Virus record (IMG/VR): IMGVR_UViG_2711768053_000020
Span: 1 to 45,210 of that record
DNA length: 45,210 bases
Reading direction: 5' to 3' (one strand)
Origin: a virus
Taxonomy: Duplodnaviria; Heunggongvirae; Uroviricota; Caudoviricetes
Made by a program: the position numbers and the translations under genes
The notes under the pieces: model-generated
What the model was told of the DNA's origin: nothing
The model's input: only the letters and a program-made list of their open reading frames with translations
Databases searched by the model: none
Part shown: in pieces, positions 28,328 to 37,208 of the stretch
Layout of the letters: every line of letters starts with the position of its first letter
Numbering within the stretch: the stretch's first letter is position 1

Positions 28328-29080
28328 TTATCTTGTCACCTTTCTCAATTGTGTCTCTGCATATGCTTCTTCCTGCCAGCACTTTGTAACCAGTTTATCA
28401 ATGACATCTGCATATCCTTTGTACCACTGATAATCCGTCAGGTCTGGTACCAGCTTCTGGACATGATTCCGCGCCAGTGTGGTTGGTAAACGGCTAAATC
28501 GGTTTCCATTGCAACGCCCACAAATCTTATAAACAGGCGTGCCATGAAGCCGGGTCCTTTTTTCATCCAGGACAATACCTTTACCCTTACACCCTCTGCA
28601 CGCTGTGCTGACTTCTCCCTTACCATGACAATGCTGACATAGTTCCTTCACCCACTCTTCCTTGATAACAGATTCCCCGCTTCTGGAGTGTTTCACCACC
28701 TCGCGCAATACATTATGAAATCCAGTACCAGCACAATGCTCACAGCGAGCCTTACTTGCCGCAGACCTGGAATAATCAGCAAAGGCAAAATTCACAAGGT
28801 AAGGGATGATCTGTAACCGGATTTCTTCACTCAATTTGTTCAATGTCGGGTTATCCAGTGCCATCGCGTAATTGAGCAGACCTTCAATCGCAAACTGAGG
28901 ATCCTGAACACCAACTTTTGCCAGGAATAAGGCAAACCCAAGCGGTGCTTTCGACTGCACCATCCCCTGCGCAGCCATCACATCTGTAATTGTTAAACCA
29001 CCCGAGCCTGTCGCCGGTGCGTCATCACTCAATTTTGGAGATTTTGGGGAGTAATATTTTGGTAAAGCTTCAAGGTTCAT
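28328..29080 (-). CDS. Q: late gene antiterminator Q
   Basis: 250 aa with paired CxxC zinc-finger motifs (CEHCAGTG..., CQHCHGKG..., CRGCKGKG..., CGRCNGN) typical of phage 82/21-type Q proteins; located immediately upstream of the lysis region. Confidence 0.75.
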   Translation of the reverse strand: MNLEALPKYYSPKSPKLSDDAPATGSGGLTITDVMAAQGMVQSKAPLGFALFLAKVGVQDPQFAIEGLLNYAMALDNPTLNKLSEEIRLQIIPYLVNFAFADYSRSAASKARCEHCAGTGFHNVLREVVKHSRSGESVIKEEWVKELCQHCHGKGEVSTACRGCKGKGIVLDEKRTRLHGTPVYKICGRCNGNRFSRLPTTLARNHVQKLVPDLTDYQWYKGYADVIDKLVTKCWQEEAYAETQLRKVTR

Positions 29081-29093
29081 GCTCGTTCTCCAC

Positions 29094-30089
29094 TTACGCC
29101 AGTACGCCTATTGCCAGCGCACGATCGATAAAACGAAATATCAGCTCCAGCTGGGAGCCATACTTCTCTTCAAATGCCACGGTATCCGCATGCAGCTCGT
29201 CGTGATGCTTTCTGCACAAAGGCAACACAAAGAGGTCATGCGCTTTTGTACCCATCCCACCCTGACCGTGGCCTATCAGGTGGTGGGGATCATCAGCAGG
29301 CTTTCCACAACATGCACACGGCTGTGTCTTAACCCAGCGCGTGTACTTTTCATTAACCCAGCGGCGACGTTTTGGGCGTAACATAAAAGACTCCGGCGAC
29401 TCCGGATCCACTTTCAGCGCCAGCACCTTTTTCGCCTTATCCTGGATGATGCTGGTGGCAGGAACCGAAGGCACAAGGTCACTTTCCCGGGTGACAGACG
29501 GCACAACAGGCTTCGGTAATCTCAGTGCCTTACGGGCTGCACTTTCCGGTAAGGCATCCGCCAGGTCATTACGAATCAGCCACCAGCACAGTTCCGGCAT
29601 TGTCACAACGTGACTGTCATCAAAACCGAGATCCCGACGCACAACAGACAACACCCAGCGGGCACAGTTATCCGTTGCCATTGATTCCAGCCGTTCCGTG
29701 AACTGATCGCGCAGCTGGTTATCGCAGTGCCAGCACAGACGGATCGCGCCCGGCGCGTGTCGCATTGTGGTCATGTTCTCGCTGTGCCAGTCGGAATGAG
29801 GCCACTGACAGCCCTTTTCACGAAGTAACCAGCTTTCAAGACATTCCACGCCACCAGCACGACGGATCACTGCCTCATTGCAGAACACGGCTCGAACGGC
29901 AGGATCATCCGCCAGCGGTTGTGATGCCGCGGGAACGGCACCACTGGCGAAAGATGAATAACGTTCCGGCTCAGGCTCCAGCAGGACACGCCCCTGCATA
30001 AACAGGGGCATCAGCTCTGAACCGGGTCTGAACAATACGATCCCCATACGCGGGGCTATTTCAGGGGTCAGTAGTGCTCTCACGGTCAC
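29094..30089 (-). CDS. prophage protein with C-terminal HNH-like zinc-binding motif (DUF968-like)
   Basis: 331 aa; C-terminal CACCGKPADDPHHLIGHG...CRKHHDELH; in the nin-like region upstream of Q. Family name is from recollection. Confidence 0.6.
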   Translation of the reverse strand: MTVRALLTPEIAPRMGIVLFRPGSELMPLFMQGRVLLEPEPERYSSFASGAVPAASQPLADDPAVRAVFCNEAVIRRAGGVECLESWLLREKGCQWPHSDWHSENMTTMRHAPGAIRLCWHCDNQLRDQFTERLESMATDNCARWVLSVVRRDLGFDDSHVVTMPELCWWLIRNDLADALPESAARKALRLPKPVVPSVTRESDLVPSVPATSIIQDKAKKVLALKVDPESPESFMLRPKRRRWVNEKYTRWVKTQPCACCGKPADDPHHLIGHGQGGMGTKAHDLFVLPLCRKHHDELHADTVAFEEKYGSQLELIFRFIDRALAIGVLA

Positions 30090-30090
30090 C

Positions 30091-30900
30091 TCAATGAACG
30101 GTATCGAGCAGCTTTAACAGCTCAGGGAATCGGGATTCGAAGAAATGCGGCTGCGTCTCGCGCGGATTTGCAGGACTGGTGATGTTCTTGCCGAACATGC
30201 AGCCTTTCGCTGTCAGCGACCAGAATTTTTTGATGTTGTTAATCGCGGTACGGCTGTATCGTTCGCGCTGCTCGACGATCCCCAGCTTCACCATCTGGTG
30301 ATATGCCTGATTAGCCGTCAGGCGGATACCATACTGCTTCAGCAGTGCACTCAGTGACAGCGTAGGGCGACTTGAGCCATCGGGTGCATCGGCAGGAGCA
30401 TCAATTGCATAGCGCGGAGCCAGATTCGGTAAGCCAACAGCCTCCTGGAGTTTCTGACAAGCCCCAAGCACAGATGAGTTAGACAGGTTTAATTCCCGAC
30501 GCATAAAGTCCAGCAGAATCACACCAGCCTGCATCTTGTCAGCAGCCTGCCCGGATAATTTTTCCGGTGCGCTGGTTACCATATCGAAAGTACGGATCAC
30601 CTTCAGATGGAATGACGGGCTAATCCACATTGCATAGGCATACACCAGTTCCTTGCAGACATACGTTCCCCGTTCATTTCCCCCATGAATCACACTCACT
30701 GGGTCAACACCCAAATTCTGGGTGTTGGTCAATTCATGAACAAGCTCAACAGTTTGTTGGCTGGAAAGAAACTTTCCTGGCTCCTTGGTTCTGGCATTTG
30801 CACCAGATGCTACTGCTGCGCGATGCAGATCGTTCAGGCTGTAACGCCCATAAGCATCACGACGAACTTCAATACCATCAATGACCATCAGATTATTCAT
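30091..30900 (-). CDS. KilA-N domain protein
   Basis: N-terminal ...RYSLNDLHRAAVASG... resembles the KilA-N DNA-binding domain found in phage antirepressor-like proteins. Confidence 0.7.
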   Translation of the reverse strand: MNNLMVIDGIEVRRDAYGRYSLNDLHRAAVASGANARTKEPGKFLSSQQTVELVHELTNTQNLGVDPVSVIHGGNERGTYVCKELVYAYAMWISPSFHLKVIRTFDMVTSAPEKLSGQAADKMQAGVILLDFMRRELNLSNSSVLGACQKLQEAVGLPNLAPRYAIDAPADAPDGSSRPTLSLSALLKQYGIRLTANQAYHQMVKLGIVEQRERYSRTAINNIKKFWSLTAKGCMFGKNITSPANPRETQPHFFESRFPELLKLLDTVH

Positions 30901-30919
30901 ACTTCGTTTCTCCTCTTAA

Positions 30920-31309
30920 TCAGGCGGCTGCACCCGCCGGTTTCTCATACTTACTGATAGTGATCTCGACCTTTCCTTTCGGGATAACCGGTCCCCACTC
31001 CACCAGCATTCTTTTCACCTGTCTGTCGTCTTCCCACACCCCCGCGTGGGTCAGGGCGTCAAACAGCGCCTTGTTATAGTTGTCCAGATCGCGGATCCGG
31101 TTATCCGGAGGAAACAACACGATCTCCACTGAAGCAGGTGCCGACGTTGGTTTTGGCAGACGACGTAACTGCTCAACTATTGCTGCACACGCCGCGCTCT
31201 GGAATTTGCGCCCCGCCGCGCTTATCAGGCTCTTACCTGCAAACGCCCCTTTGTTGGGGTGTCGCCAGTACGTGTTCACGCTGGGCGGAAAAGGCAGTAT
31301 TAGCTTCAT
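30920..31309 (-). CDS. rusA: Holliday junction resolvase RusA
   Basis: 129 aa; LPFPPSVNTYWRH ... IRDLDNYNKALFDALTHAGVWEDDRQV matches RusA motifs including the catalytic DxD region. Confidence 0.85.
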   Translation of the reverse strand: MKLILPFPPSVNTYWRHPNKGAFAGKSLISAAGRKFQSAACAAIVEQLRRLPKPTSAPASVEIVLFPPDNRIRDLDNYNKALFDALTHAGVWEDDRQVKRMLVEWGPVIPKGKVEITISKYEKPAGAAA

Positions 31310-31632
31310 ACTTTCAGCTCCCTCTCATGTAACCAGTGGGCTGCACGCAGCCTGGCGTTTTCCTCACCGGCAAGCAGTGAGCGGATAATCCCGACCGCCT
31401 CGCTGTCGTCGTCCTTCACCGCGGTATGAAGCGTGATGCCCCGGGCCACGCCACGCTTTATCGTGATGACGCCTTTTTTCTCCAGTGCGCGAAGATGCTC
31501 CACCGCTGCATTCACTGAACGGTATCCCAGCATGGTTGCCACCTCCTGATTGGTTGGCGGGAAACCACGTTCTTTCTGATAAGAAATCAGCATATCCAGC
31601 ACCTGCTGCTGGCATTGAGTTAACGTCGTCAT
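31306..31632 (-). CDS. LexA-type DNA-binding domain protein (no peptidase domain)
   Basis: 108 aa; LTQCQQQVLDMLISYQKERGFPPTNQEVATMLGYRSVNAAVEHLRALEKKGVI resembles the LexA N-terminal winged-helix domain. Confidence 0.6.
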   Translation of the reverse strand: MTTLTQCQQQVLDMLISYQKERGFPPTNQEVATMLGYRSVNAAVEHLRALEKKGVITIKRGVARGITLHTAVKDDDSEAVGIIRSLLAGEENARLRAAHWLHERELKV

Positions 31633-32282
31633 GCCGCCATCTCCCTGACCAGTTTTTCTTCCTGCTGGCGAACCTGCGCCAGAAAGGCCTCACCACATGC
31701 CTCAAGTTCATCGCGCCCGATGTAGCTGATTGCCGGTCCCTTCCAGGTCTTGTCGAAAATAGCAATAGCACCAGCGAAGAAAGCGCCTGTCGGCACCTGC
31801 TTCTCATCCTTCGGGATAAACCAGGCAGGCAGTTCAAAACCAATACGCCCGCGAATAAAAGCAATATGATCTGCATCTTCCGGCCACCACACTTCGCTGG
31901 TGGCAGCTTTGATCAGGAAAACATAGCGCCCGCCTTTATCACGCATGGCACTGGCATGCTTCATGATGTAACGCATGCCGGTGATGTATTGCCCCTCATG
32001 CTGACTGGCGCGGCTGTATGGGGGATTACCAAAGGCAGCACCTTTAAGCTCCGCAAGGCGTTCTGACCAGTCATGCGCCAGCGCGTTGTCTTCCGCCGTG
32101 TAATACGCAGCACATTTGGCGTTATCACCGTCAGTGAACAGATCCAGAACAAACGGGCCAAACAGGGTGTTAATTCCCCAGAAAATGTTGTCCGGCGTGC
32201 GCCACTGATCGCCCACTTCCTTCAGTTCATGGGCTGGTTTGTTCCGCAGTTCCACCAGCGCCTGGCAATATTTATTACTCAT
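31629..32282 (-). CDS. phage DNA N6-adenine methyltransferase (Dam-like)
   Basis: Contains the NPPY catalytic motif (FGNPPYS); start placed at MSNKYCQ, which overlaps the upstream stop (TAATG). Confidence 0.8.
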   Translation of the reverse strand: MSNKYCQALVELRNKPAHELKEVGDQWRTPDNIFWGINTLFGPFVLDLFTDGDNAKCAAYYTAEDNALAHDWSERLAELKGAAFGNPPYSRASQHEGQYITGMRYIMKHASAMRDKGGRYVFLIKAATSEVWWPEDADHIAFIRGRIGFELPAWFIPKDEKQVPTGAFFAGAIAIFDKTWKGPAISYIGRDELEACGEAFLAQVRQQEEKLVREMAA

Positions 32283-32776
32283 TAAGCCCCCACGTAATTC
32301 CCTGAGAGATACCACTCTTCACCTGATGCAGCCCGCTTACTGCTTTTCCGTAAACACCGTTCACGACGCGCCAGAAAATTGTTTCGTTCTGGCTGGGAGT
32401 GGCTTTCACGGAATACCGCCATCCACACCGTTGCAGCACGACGGTATAAGCCCCTGGACTCCAGTTCTTCCGCCTGGCGGGTCAGGCACAAAATCACCCG
32501 CGGGTCGTTAGTGCCGACATAGAAATTGCGCACAGGTCTGGTTTCACGAACTGGTTGTGGTTCCAGATCCTGCGCTCTCTCAGTCAGGCGCGGGAAATGT
32601 CTGTGTGTATCTCCTTCACAACGGTGAGCCACACGCCCACTCTGACGTAACTTGCTTGCTGACTGCAGAACGCGCTGCCGTGAGTAACCTGCAAAAGCAT
32701 CCGCAATGTCTCCGGAAGTACAGCCCGGATGGGCTTCAATGAATTTCTGAACGTCATTCAAAAGACTCATGCTCAC
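32282..32776 (-). CDS. hypothetical phage early protein (164 aa)
   Basis: Translationally coupled between the replication initiator and the methyltransferase; no family recognised. Confidence 0.5.
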   Translation of the reverse strand: MSMSLLNDVQKFIEAHPGCTSGDIADAFAGYSRQRVLQSASKLRQSGRVAHRCEGDTHRHFPRLTERAQDLEPQPVRETRPVRNFYVGTNDPRVILCLTRQAEELESRGLYRRAATVWMAVFRESHSQPERNNFLARRERCLRKSSKRAASGEEWYLSGNYVGA

Positions 32777-33714
32777 CCCCTGAATCCTGCCGGGATCTGG
32801 CTGTAGTCCACATTGTCGTAACTGGCTTTGAAGTACGGGTCTTCGCGTTTTTCTGTGTACGTGCTGACGGACGGCGATAAGCGCAGGGAAAGCTCATCCC
32901 ATTTTTCCCGCAGCTTCGACGGGCTGAGCACGTTACGGCACCAGAACGGATCGCGGCTGACGCGGCTGTACATCTCGCAGATTTGTTTGTGAGTACGACC
33001 ATCCTGCACACACATCAGGCGAATTTCGTTTGCCCAGGCTGTCCAGTTCGGTTCTTTGGGACGAACCACCTCGCCGTCACATTCGGCAGCCTGCTCGTAC
33101 AGGGCGATGATTTTTTTCCAGAACCACTGTGCGCAGGTCAAATCATCCTGCGTTCCCCACTGGCGCTTTTTAGGGCTGAATACAACCGCATCAGGATGGC
33201 GAGTTAAAAAATCCTGTTCATCCGTCTGCGTGTCCGGTTGCGAAGCGTCCGGACGAGAAGGTTTTTTATCTGACGGATCATGTTTTGATTTTACTGACGG
33301 ATCCCCGCCAGATTCTGACGGGTGAAAACCCGCTTTTTTGCCAGATTTCGACGCATCAAATTTTGACGGGTCAGATTTTGATGCGTCAGATTTTGACGGG
33401 TCAGAATCTGACAGTTGAGAAAATGCCGCTGCCTGAAGCTTCGCAACGTTAAGCTGATAAACATTCGACGCATTGCGGTTACCCTGGCGACGCGCCTTAC
33501 GCGTTAACCAGCCTTCTGCTTCCAGCCGTGCGATAGCCGTCCTGACGGTACTCATCCCCGCGCCAATCTGACGGGCAATAGTTTCAATTGATGGCCAGCA
33601 CACACCTTCGTCATTACTGAAATCAGCCAGGCGGGCCATAATTGCCACGCTGGATAATTTCATGCCTGATGCAGCGCAACCATCCCATACATAGCCGGTT
33701 AATTTAGTGCTCAT
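32773..33714 (-). CDS. replication initiation protein (O-like, N-terminal HTH) containing ori iterons
   Basis: 313 aa with N-terminal wHTH-like region (…IETIARQIGAGMSTVRTAIARLEAEGWL…) and a central pentapeptide-repeat tract (SDSDPSKSDASKSDPSKFDASKS) encoded by tandem DNA repeats. Confidence 0.7.
   Translation of the reverse strand: MSTKLTGYVWDGCAASGMKLSSVAIMARLADFSNDEGVCWPSIETIARQIGAGMSTVRTAIARLEAEGWLTRKARRQGNRNASNVYQLNVAKLQAAAFSQLSDSDPSKSDASKSDPSKFDASKSGKKAGFHPSESGGDPSVKSKHDPSDKKPSRPDASQPDTQTDEQDFLTRHPDAVVFSPKKRQWGTQDDLTCAQWFWKKIIALYEQAAECDGEVVRPKEPNWTAWANEIRLMCVQDGRTHKQICEMYSRVSRDPFWCRNVLSPSKLREKWDELSLRLSPSVSTYTEKREDPYFKASYDNVDYSQIPAGFRG
33268..33414. repeat. iteron array (putative phage origin of replication) inside the initiator gene
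   Basis: About eight direct repeats sharing the core TGACGG (tCAGAtTtTGACGgg), six of them at 15-16-bp spacing from 33308 to 33414, preceded by two CTGACGGATC copies in a T-rich stretch. Confidence 0.55.
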
Positions 33715-33723
33715 GACCGACCT

Positions 33724-34062
33724 CTATTTCCCTGAATTTACGACGAAACTGTTCGAGCGGGCTGAAGCACTCATGCTCATAGCCTTCGCGGAGGTAGATA
33801 ACTCGTTGTGTTTCCGGCTCCCAACGAATGACTCTGACGGGCACTCCGTAGTGATCTTTGAACCAGCGGTTAACTTGTCGCAAAGGACTGTCTCCTTCTG
33901 CCGGTTGAAATCACCCACAGCCCACTCAGCAAAGCTGTGGGTTACAATTTCCCTGTCACCTGGTACATTAACTGCATAGCAATACTCCACCTTCGCTTTT
34001 CCACCCGGTACAGGAAGCGCAATCAGTTGCGAGCGACGGTAGTGTGTTGTTAAACTGTTCAT
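33724..34062 (-). CDS. hypothetical early protein (112 aa)
   Basis: Start overlaps the upstream stop (ATGA) in the early-right operon; contains an internal 8-bp inverted repeat (33915-33941), so coding status is uncertain. Confidence 0.4.
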   Translation of the reverse strand: MNSLTTHYRRSQLIALPVPGGKAKVEYCYAVNVPGDREIVTHSFAEWAVGDFNRQKETVLCDKLTAGSKITTECPSESFVGSRKHNELSTSAKAMSMSASARSNSFVVNSGK

Positions 34063-34667
34063 GCGTTAGTTTCTCCACAGTCACGACACGCCACGGCGCC
34101 CGGAGCTGCACACTCGCGGGCGTCATTACTTTCTGAAATGCAAAAGATTTTGTAGACCAGTGCTGCATGCTCCTGCAGCTTCGAAATTGAGAGATACAGC
34201 TCGTCGTTAATTGCTGTCTTCTCATGCGGTTCCACCACACCGTCTTCGATTGCCGAACGAATCTGTCTGGAATAACTGCCAATCTGTTCAATGACTTCCA
34301 GCAGGCGCTGGTTAATATCGGCGTTGTCCACATCCTCGACGTCAGGAAGAGACACAAAGACGCCATTTGCAGACTGCGCCACAGCGTCAGCAATGAAGTG
34401 AGTTCCACCAGCACGTTGCAAAATCATTGCCCATCCCAGCGGGAAAATCTGATCGCCATCGGCACGAAGGCGGTTAAATAATGCGTTTTCTGTTACATCC
34501 AGCCAGTCAGCTGCTTCAGCGTAACCACCCGGCAACGCTGCGATAGTTTTTCTGACAGCTTTCACGTACCACTCAGGCTGTTTTTCTACTTTCCAGTGAT
34601 GCTTACCCACGGTTAGCCTCATCGTTCTGTGGTTTCTGTTAATCGATTTATCCATTAGATTTTTCAT
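34059..34667 (-). CDS. putative phage regulatory protein (CII-position gene)
   Basis: About 200-aa ORF immediately downstream of cro; start uncertain (Met at 34667 or 34655); the track ORF overlaps cro. Confidence 0.45.
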   Translation of the reverse strand: MKNLMDKSINRNHRTMRLTVGKHHWKVEKQPEWYVKAVRKTIAALPGGYAEAADWLDVTENALFNRLRADGDQIFPLGWAMILQRAGGTHFIADAVAQSANGVFVSLPDVEDVDNADINQRLLEVIEQIGSYSRQIRSAIEDGVVEPHEKTAINDELYLSISKLQEHAALVYKIFCISESNDARECAAPGAVACRDCGETNA

Positions 34668-34848
34668 AAAGCTCAGGTTTAAATGGCAACCGTCCGCAAG
34701 TTCTATATGCAGCTTCTGCTGCACGTCCTTTTGGAATTAACTGGCCCGGACGGTTTCGCCACTGATAAACGGCTTCAGTTGTTATGCCGAAAAAAGCAGC
34801 AACTTTCTCAATACTGCCGAAGTAGCTTTCGATATCGTCAGTTGTCAT
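34648..34848 (-). CDS. cro: Cro-like repressor (HTH)
   Basis: 66 aa divergent from the cI-like repressor; HTH-like KVAAFFGITTEAVYQWRN. Confidence 0.7.
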   Translation of the reverse strand: MTTDDIESYFGSIEKVAAFFGITTEAVYQWRNRPGQLIPKGRAAEAAYRTCGRLPFKPELYEKSNG

Positions 34849-34860
34849 ACGCCCTCCAAA

Positions 34861-34923
34861 CTAAGTTTTATTAGATGCTAATTACAAATCTATCTTTGGT
34901 CAATAAAAACTAAGATTACTTAG
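34861..34923. promoter_or_regulatory. cI/cro intergenic operator region with CTAAG-N4-5-CTTAG palindromes
   Basis: CTAAGATTACTTAG (34910-34923, perfect palindrome) and CTAAGTTTTATTAG (34861-34874) lie in the 97-bp divergent intergenic region. Confidence 0.4.
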
Positions 34924-34945
34924 CAATTCAAGAAATGGTGCTCCT

Positions 34946-35572
34946 ATGGAAACGGTTGGTCAGCGTATAAAAGCTCTGAGAAGAGTTACCGGAACGTCCC
35001 AGAAAGAATTGGGTAAATTTTGTGGAGTAAGTGACGTTGCTGTGGGGTACTGGGAGAAAGACATCAATACCCCTGGTGGGGAGGCACTTTCGAAATTAGC
35101 GAAGTTCTTCAATACGTCAATAGATTACATTCTTTATGGTGCTGAGTTTGAAGGCAAACTCGTCACAAACATGCGCAGAGTTCCTGTAATATCGTGGGTT
35201 CAGGCTGGGCAGTTTACTGAGTGCAGGGCAGCAGAAGTGTTTAGTGAAGTGGACAAGTGGGTAGATACATCATTAAAGATTGGTGATAACTCATTTGCAT
35301 TAGAGGTTAAAGGTGACTCCATGACTAACCCTAATGGCCTCCCAACAATACCAGAAGGCGCAACAGTGATTGTAGATCCAGATGCAGAACCTCGTCATGG
35401 AAAAATAGTCATCGCTCGACTTGATGGAACAAACGAAGCTACAGTAAAAAAATTAGTCATCGATGGCCCTCAAAAGTTTTTAGTGCCATTAAATCCTCGG
35501 TATCCCAACATCCCTATCAATGGTAATTGCCTTATCATTGGTGTAGTCAAAGGAGTTCAATACGAACTCTAA
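34946..35572 (+). CDS. cI: CI-type prophage repressor (HTH plus S24 LexA-like peptidase domain)
   Basis: 208 aa; N-terminal HTH (…QKELGKFCGVSDVAVGYWEKD…) and C-terminal S24 motifs including the catalytic Ser in VKGDSMT and the Lys in TVKKLVIDG. Confidence 0.9.
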   Translation: METVGQRIKALRRVTGTSQKELGKFCGVSDVAVGYWEKDINTPGGEALSKLAKFFNTSIDYILYGAEFEGKLVTNMRRVPVISWVQAGQFTECRAAEVFSEVDKWVDTSLKIGDNSFALEVKGDSMTNPNGLPTIPEGATVIVDPDAEPRHGKIVIARLDGTNEATVKKLVIDGPQKFLVPLNPRYPNIPINGNCLIIGVVKGVQYEL

Positions 35573-35819
35573 GACCTCTCTTCTCTAACTAAGGCACCGA
35601 ACTAAGAAAAGTTTGGTGTTTTCTCTTGCCATAATAACTAAGTTAAGTTAGATTTTATATCAAAAATAACGAACAGGCAGGACGCCCACGAAGTAGCCGC
35701 CTGGGGCATATGAAGTCCAGGATGATTCGTTAGCAACAAAAAAGCGCCCTACAGGACGCTTAGCTCTTTAACAATCTGGTCCCCATCAACAAGTAACTGA
35801 TAACTTGAGGAGATGTGAA

Positions 35820-36026
35820 ATGCACAAAACAGAACCCAAAATCGTCGCGCCTGGCTACACAGATGAGGAAATTTATGAGTGGATGACAAAGAAGCTGGCA
35901 GCTATAAACCAGCTTCGTGAAGTGCTGTCTTATCGACAGGAAACAATAGACTCCTTAAAAAAACTGGATCAGGAAATCACGGTTTTATCACAGGATGTTA
36001 CTTTAGATATTGTGCAGACAAATTAG
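35820..36026 (+). CDS. small hypothetical protein (68 aa)
   Basis: ATG at 35820 preceded by GAGGAG at good spacing; downstream of cI and of CTAAG-containing repeats. Confidence 0.4.
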   Translation: MHKTEPKIVAPGYTDEEIYEWMTKKLAAINQLREVLSYRQETIDSLKKLDQEITVLSQDVTLDIVQTN

Positions 36027-36432
36027 GATCCCATTCATTTTCGTCAAAATCATCAAAGTGATGAATTTGTGATCTCCAGTCTCGATAATCTAAAAATTTC
36101 TGGGCGGTTACGCTTATTTTATCAAGTGTGAGTTCATCCTGAATTGAAAGAAGAAGTTCATCAAATTTCATCTCATTAATCTGTTTTGGCATCCAGTGAT
36201 GCTTCATCAGAATAAGGTGAACCAGAGCCTTTTTCCCATTCAACTGATTATAGGGAGTGCCGAATTTCTTCCGGTGCTCATGTAAGACAAGGTCCAAAAG
36301 AGTAAGTAATGTTGCCCTTGATTCAACTTTGCTTATTTCGACTGATGACACTACCCCACTGATTTCAATGCCCCGATACTTTCCAACATTTTCACAGTGG
36401 GATTTGTACAGCGTATAGATATTACCGGACAT
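35998..36432 (-). CDS. hypothetical protein (144 aa), AT-rich moron between immunity region and xis/int
   Basis: ATG preceded by AAGGAAAAG; no family recognised. Confidence 0.55.
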   Translation of the reverse strand: MSGNIYTLYKSHCENVGKYRGIEISGVVSSVEISKVESRATLLTLLDLVLHEHRKKFGTPYNQLNGKKALVHLILMKHHWMPKQINEMKFDELLLSIQDELTLDKISVTAQKFLDYRDWRSQIHHFDDFDENEWDPNLSAQYLK

Positions 36433-36446
36433 TTCTTTTCCTTTTG

Positions 36447-36496
36447 CGTTGTTGGGGATAACCAGATTAACCGAATCCTTGTTGTTGGGGAATAAC
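36447..36496. repeat. direct repeat TTGTTGGGGATAAC / TTGTTGGGGAATAAC upstream of the 36432 start
   Basis: Two near-identical 14-15-bp copies about 32 bp apart. Confidence 0.35.
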
Positions 36497-36989
36497 TAGG
36501 TCCACCTCGCCTGATGTGGCTAAAAGCAGGCACATAACAGCTAAGTATTTTCAACCAGAGAGAATCCTTAGCGTTGTGGTGAATGCGGCTCAGCGCACGC
36601 GGGTTAAGGTTGAGGCTGACAGTCGACCTTCTGTGGATACCCACCCGCCTGGTGTGCAACCTTCGCCAGGCACCGGGAGGCACCCGGCACCACAACTTTA
36701 TGCTGTGTGTAGTCTTGGCGGTACCAGCTTGTACCCTTGCTTCCGGCTGGTACCGTCATTTTTACAAAACAGAGAAGAGCATCACCGGACGATGGGCTCA
36801 TAACCCAATCCATCCGGCAGTGACTACCGCAGGTGTTCTTCTCTGTTTTGTGGAGAAACTAACCGCCCCTGCAGAGGTGCTCTGGCTGATGCCCGCCCTC
36901 AGGCAAAATATGTTTCTGCTATCTGGCAGAGGTTTATTCCGACAAGATGCACTGAAATTTGATATTACTGCCCGTGTGCAGCGGGCTAA

Positions 36990-37208
36990 GTGGAGAAACA
37001 TATGCTGAACCTCGATTGTGTTCCTATCTCAACTTATTGCAAAGAAACTGGCGAAACTACTGAAGCTATAAACAAACGTGTACAGCGCGGTGTTTGGCGT
37101 GAAGGCGTTCAGGTTTTAAAGGTTGAAGGCGTTAAGGAGAGGTGGATTGATCTTAGTGAGGTTGCAAAATGGGCCAGACAAAACTGCTCAAACTACCGCG
37201 CGGCGTAA
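36990..37208 (+). CDS. xis: excisionase (Xis-like)
   Basis: 72-aa basic protein immediately upstream of and overlapping the integrase gene. Confidence 0.65.
   Translation: MEKHMLNLDCVPISTYCKETGETTEAINKRVQRGVWREGVQVLKVEGVKERWIDLSEVAKWARQNCSNYRAA

Noticed and set aside
33268-33414. Tandem repeats as a possible CRISPR array
   Set aside because: Repeat period is about 15 bp with no spacers, the repeats are imperfect, they lie inside a protein-coding frame and no cas genes are present; iterons fit better.
36351-37008. Overlapping ORFs in the GC-rich region upstream of xis (36351-36695, 36516-36803, 36583-37008)
   Set aside because: Mutually overlapping, Arg/Pro-rich, without start signals; the region looks structured and non-coding.
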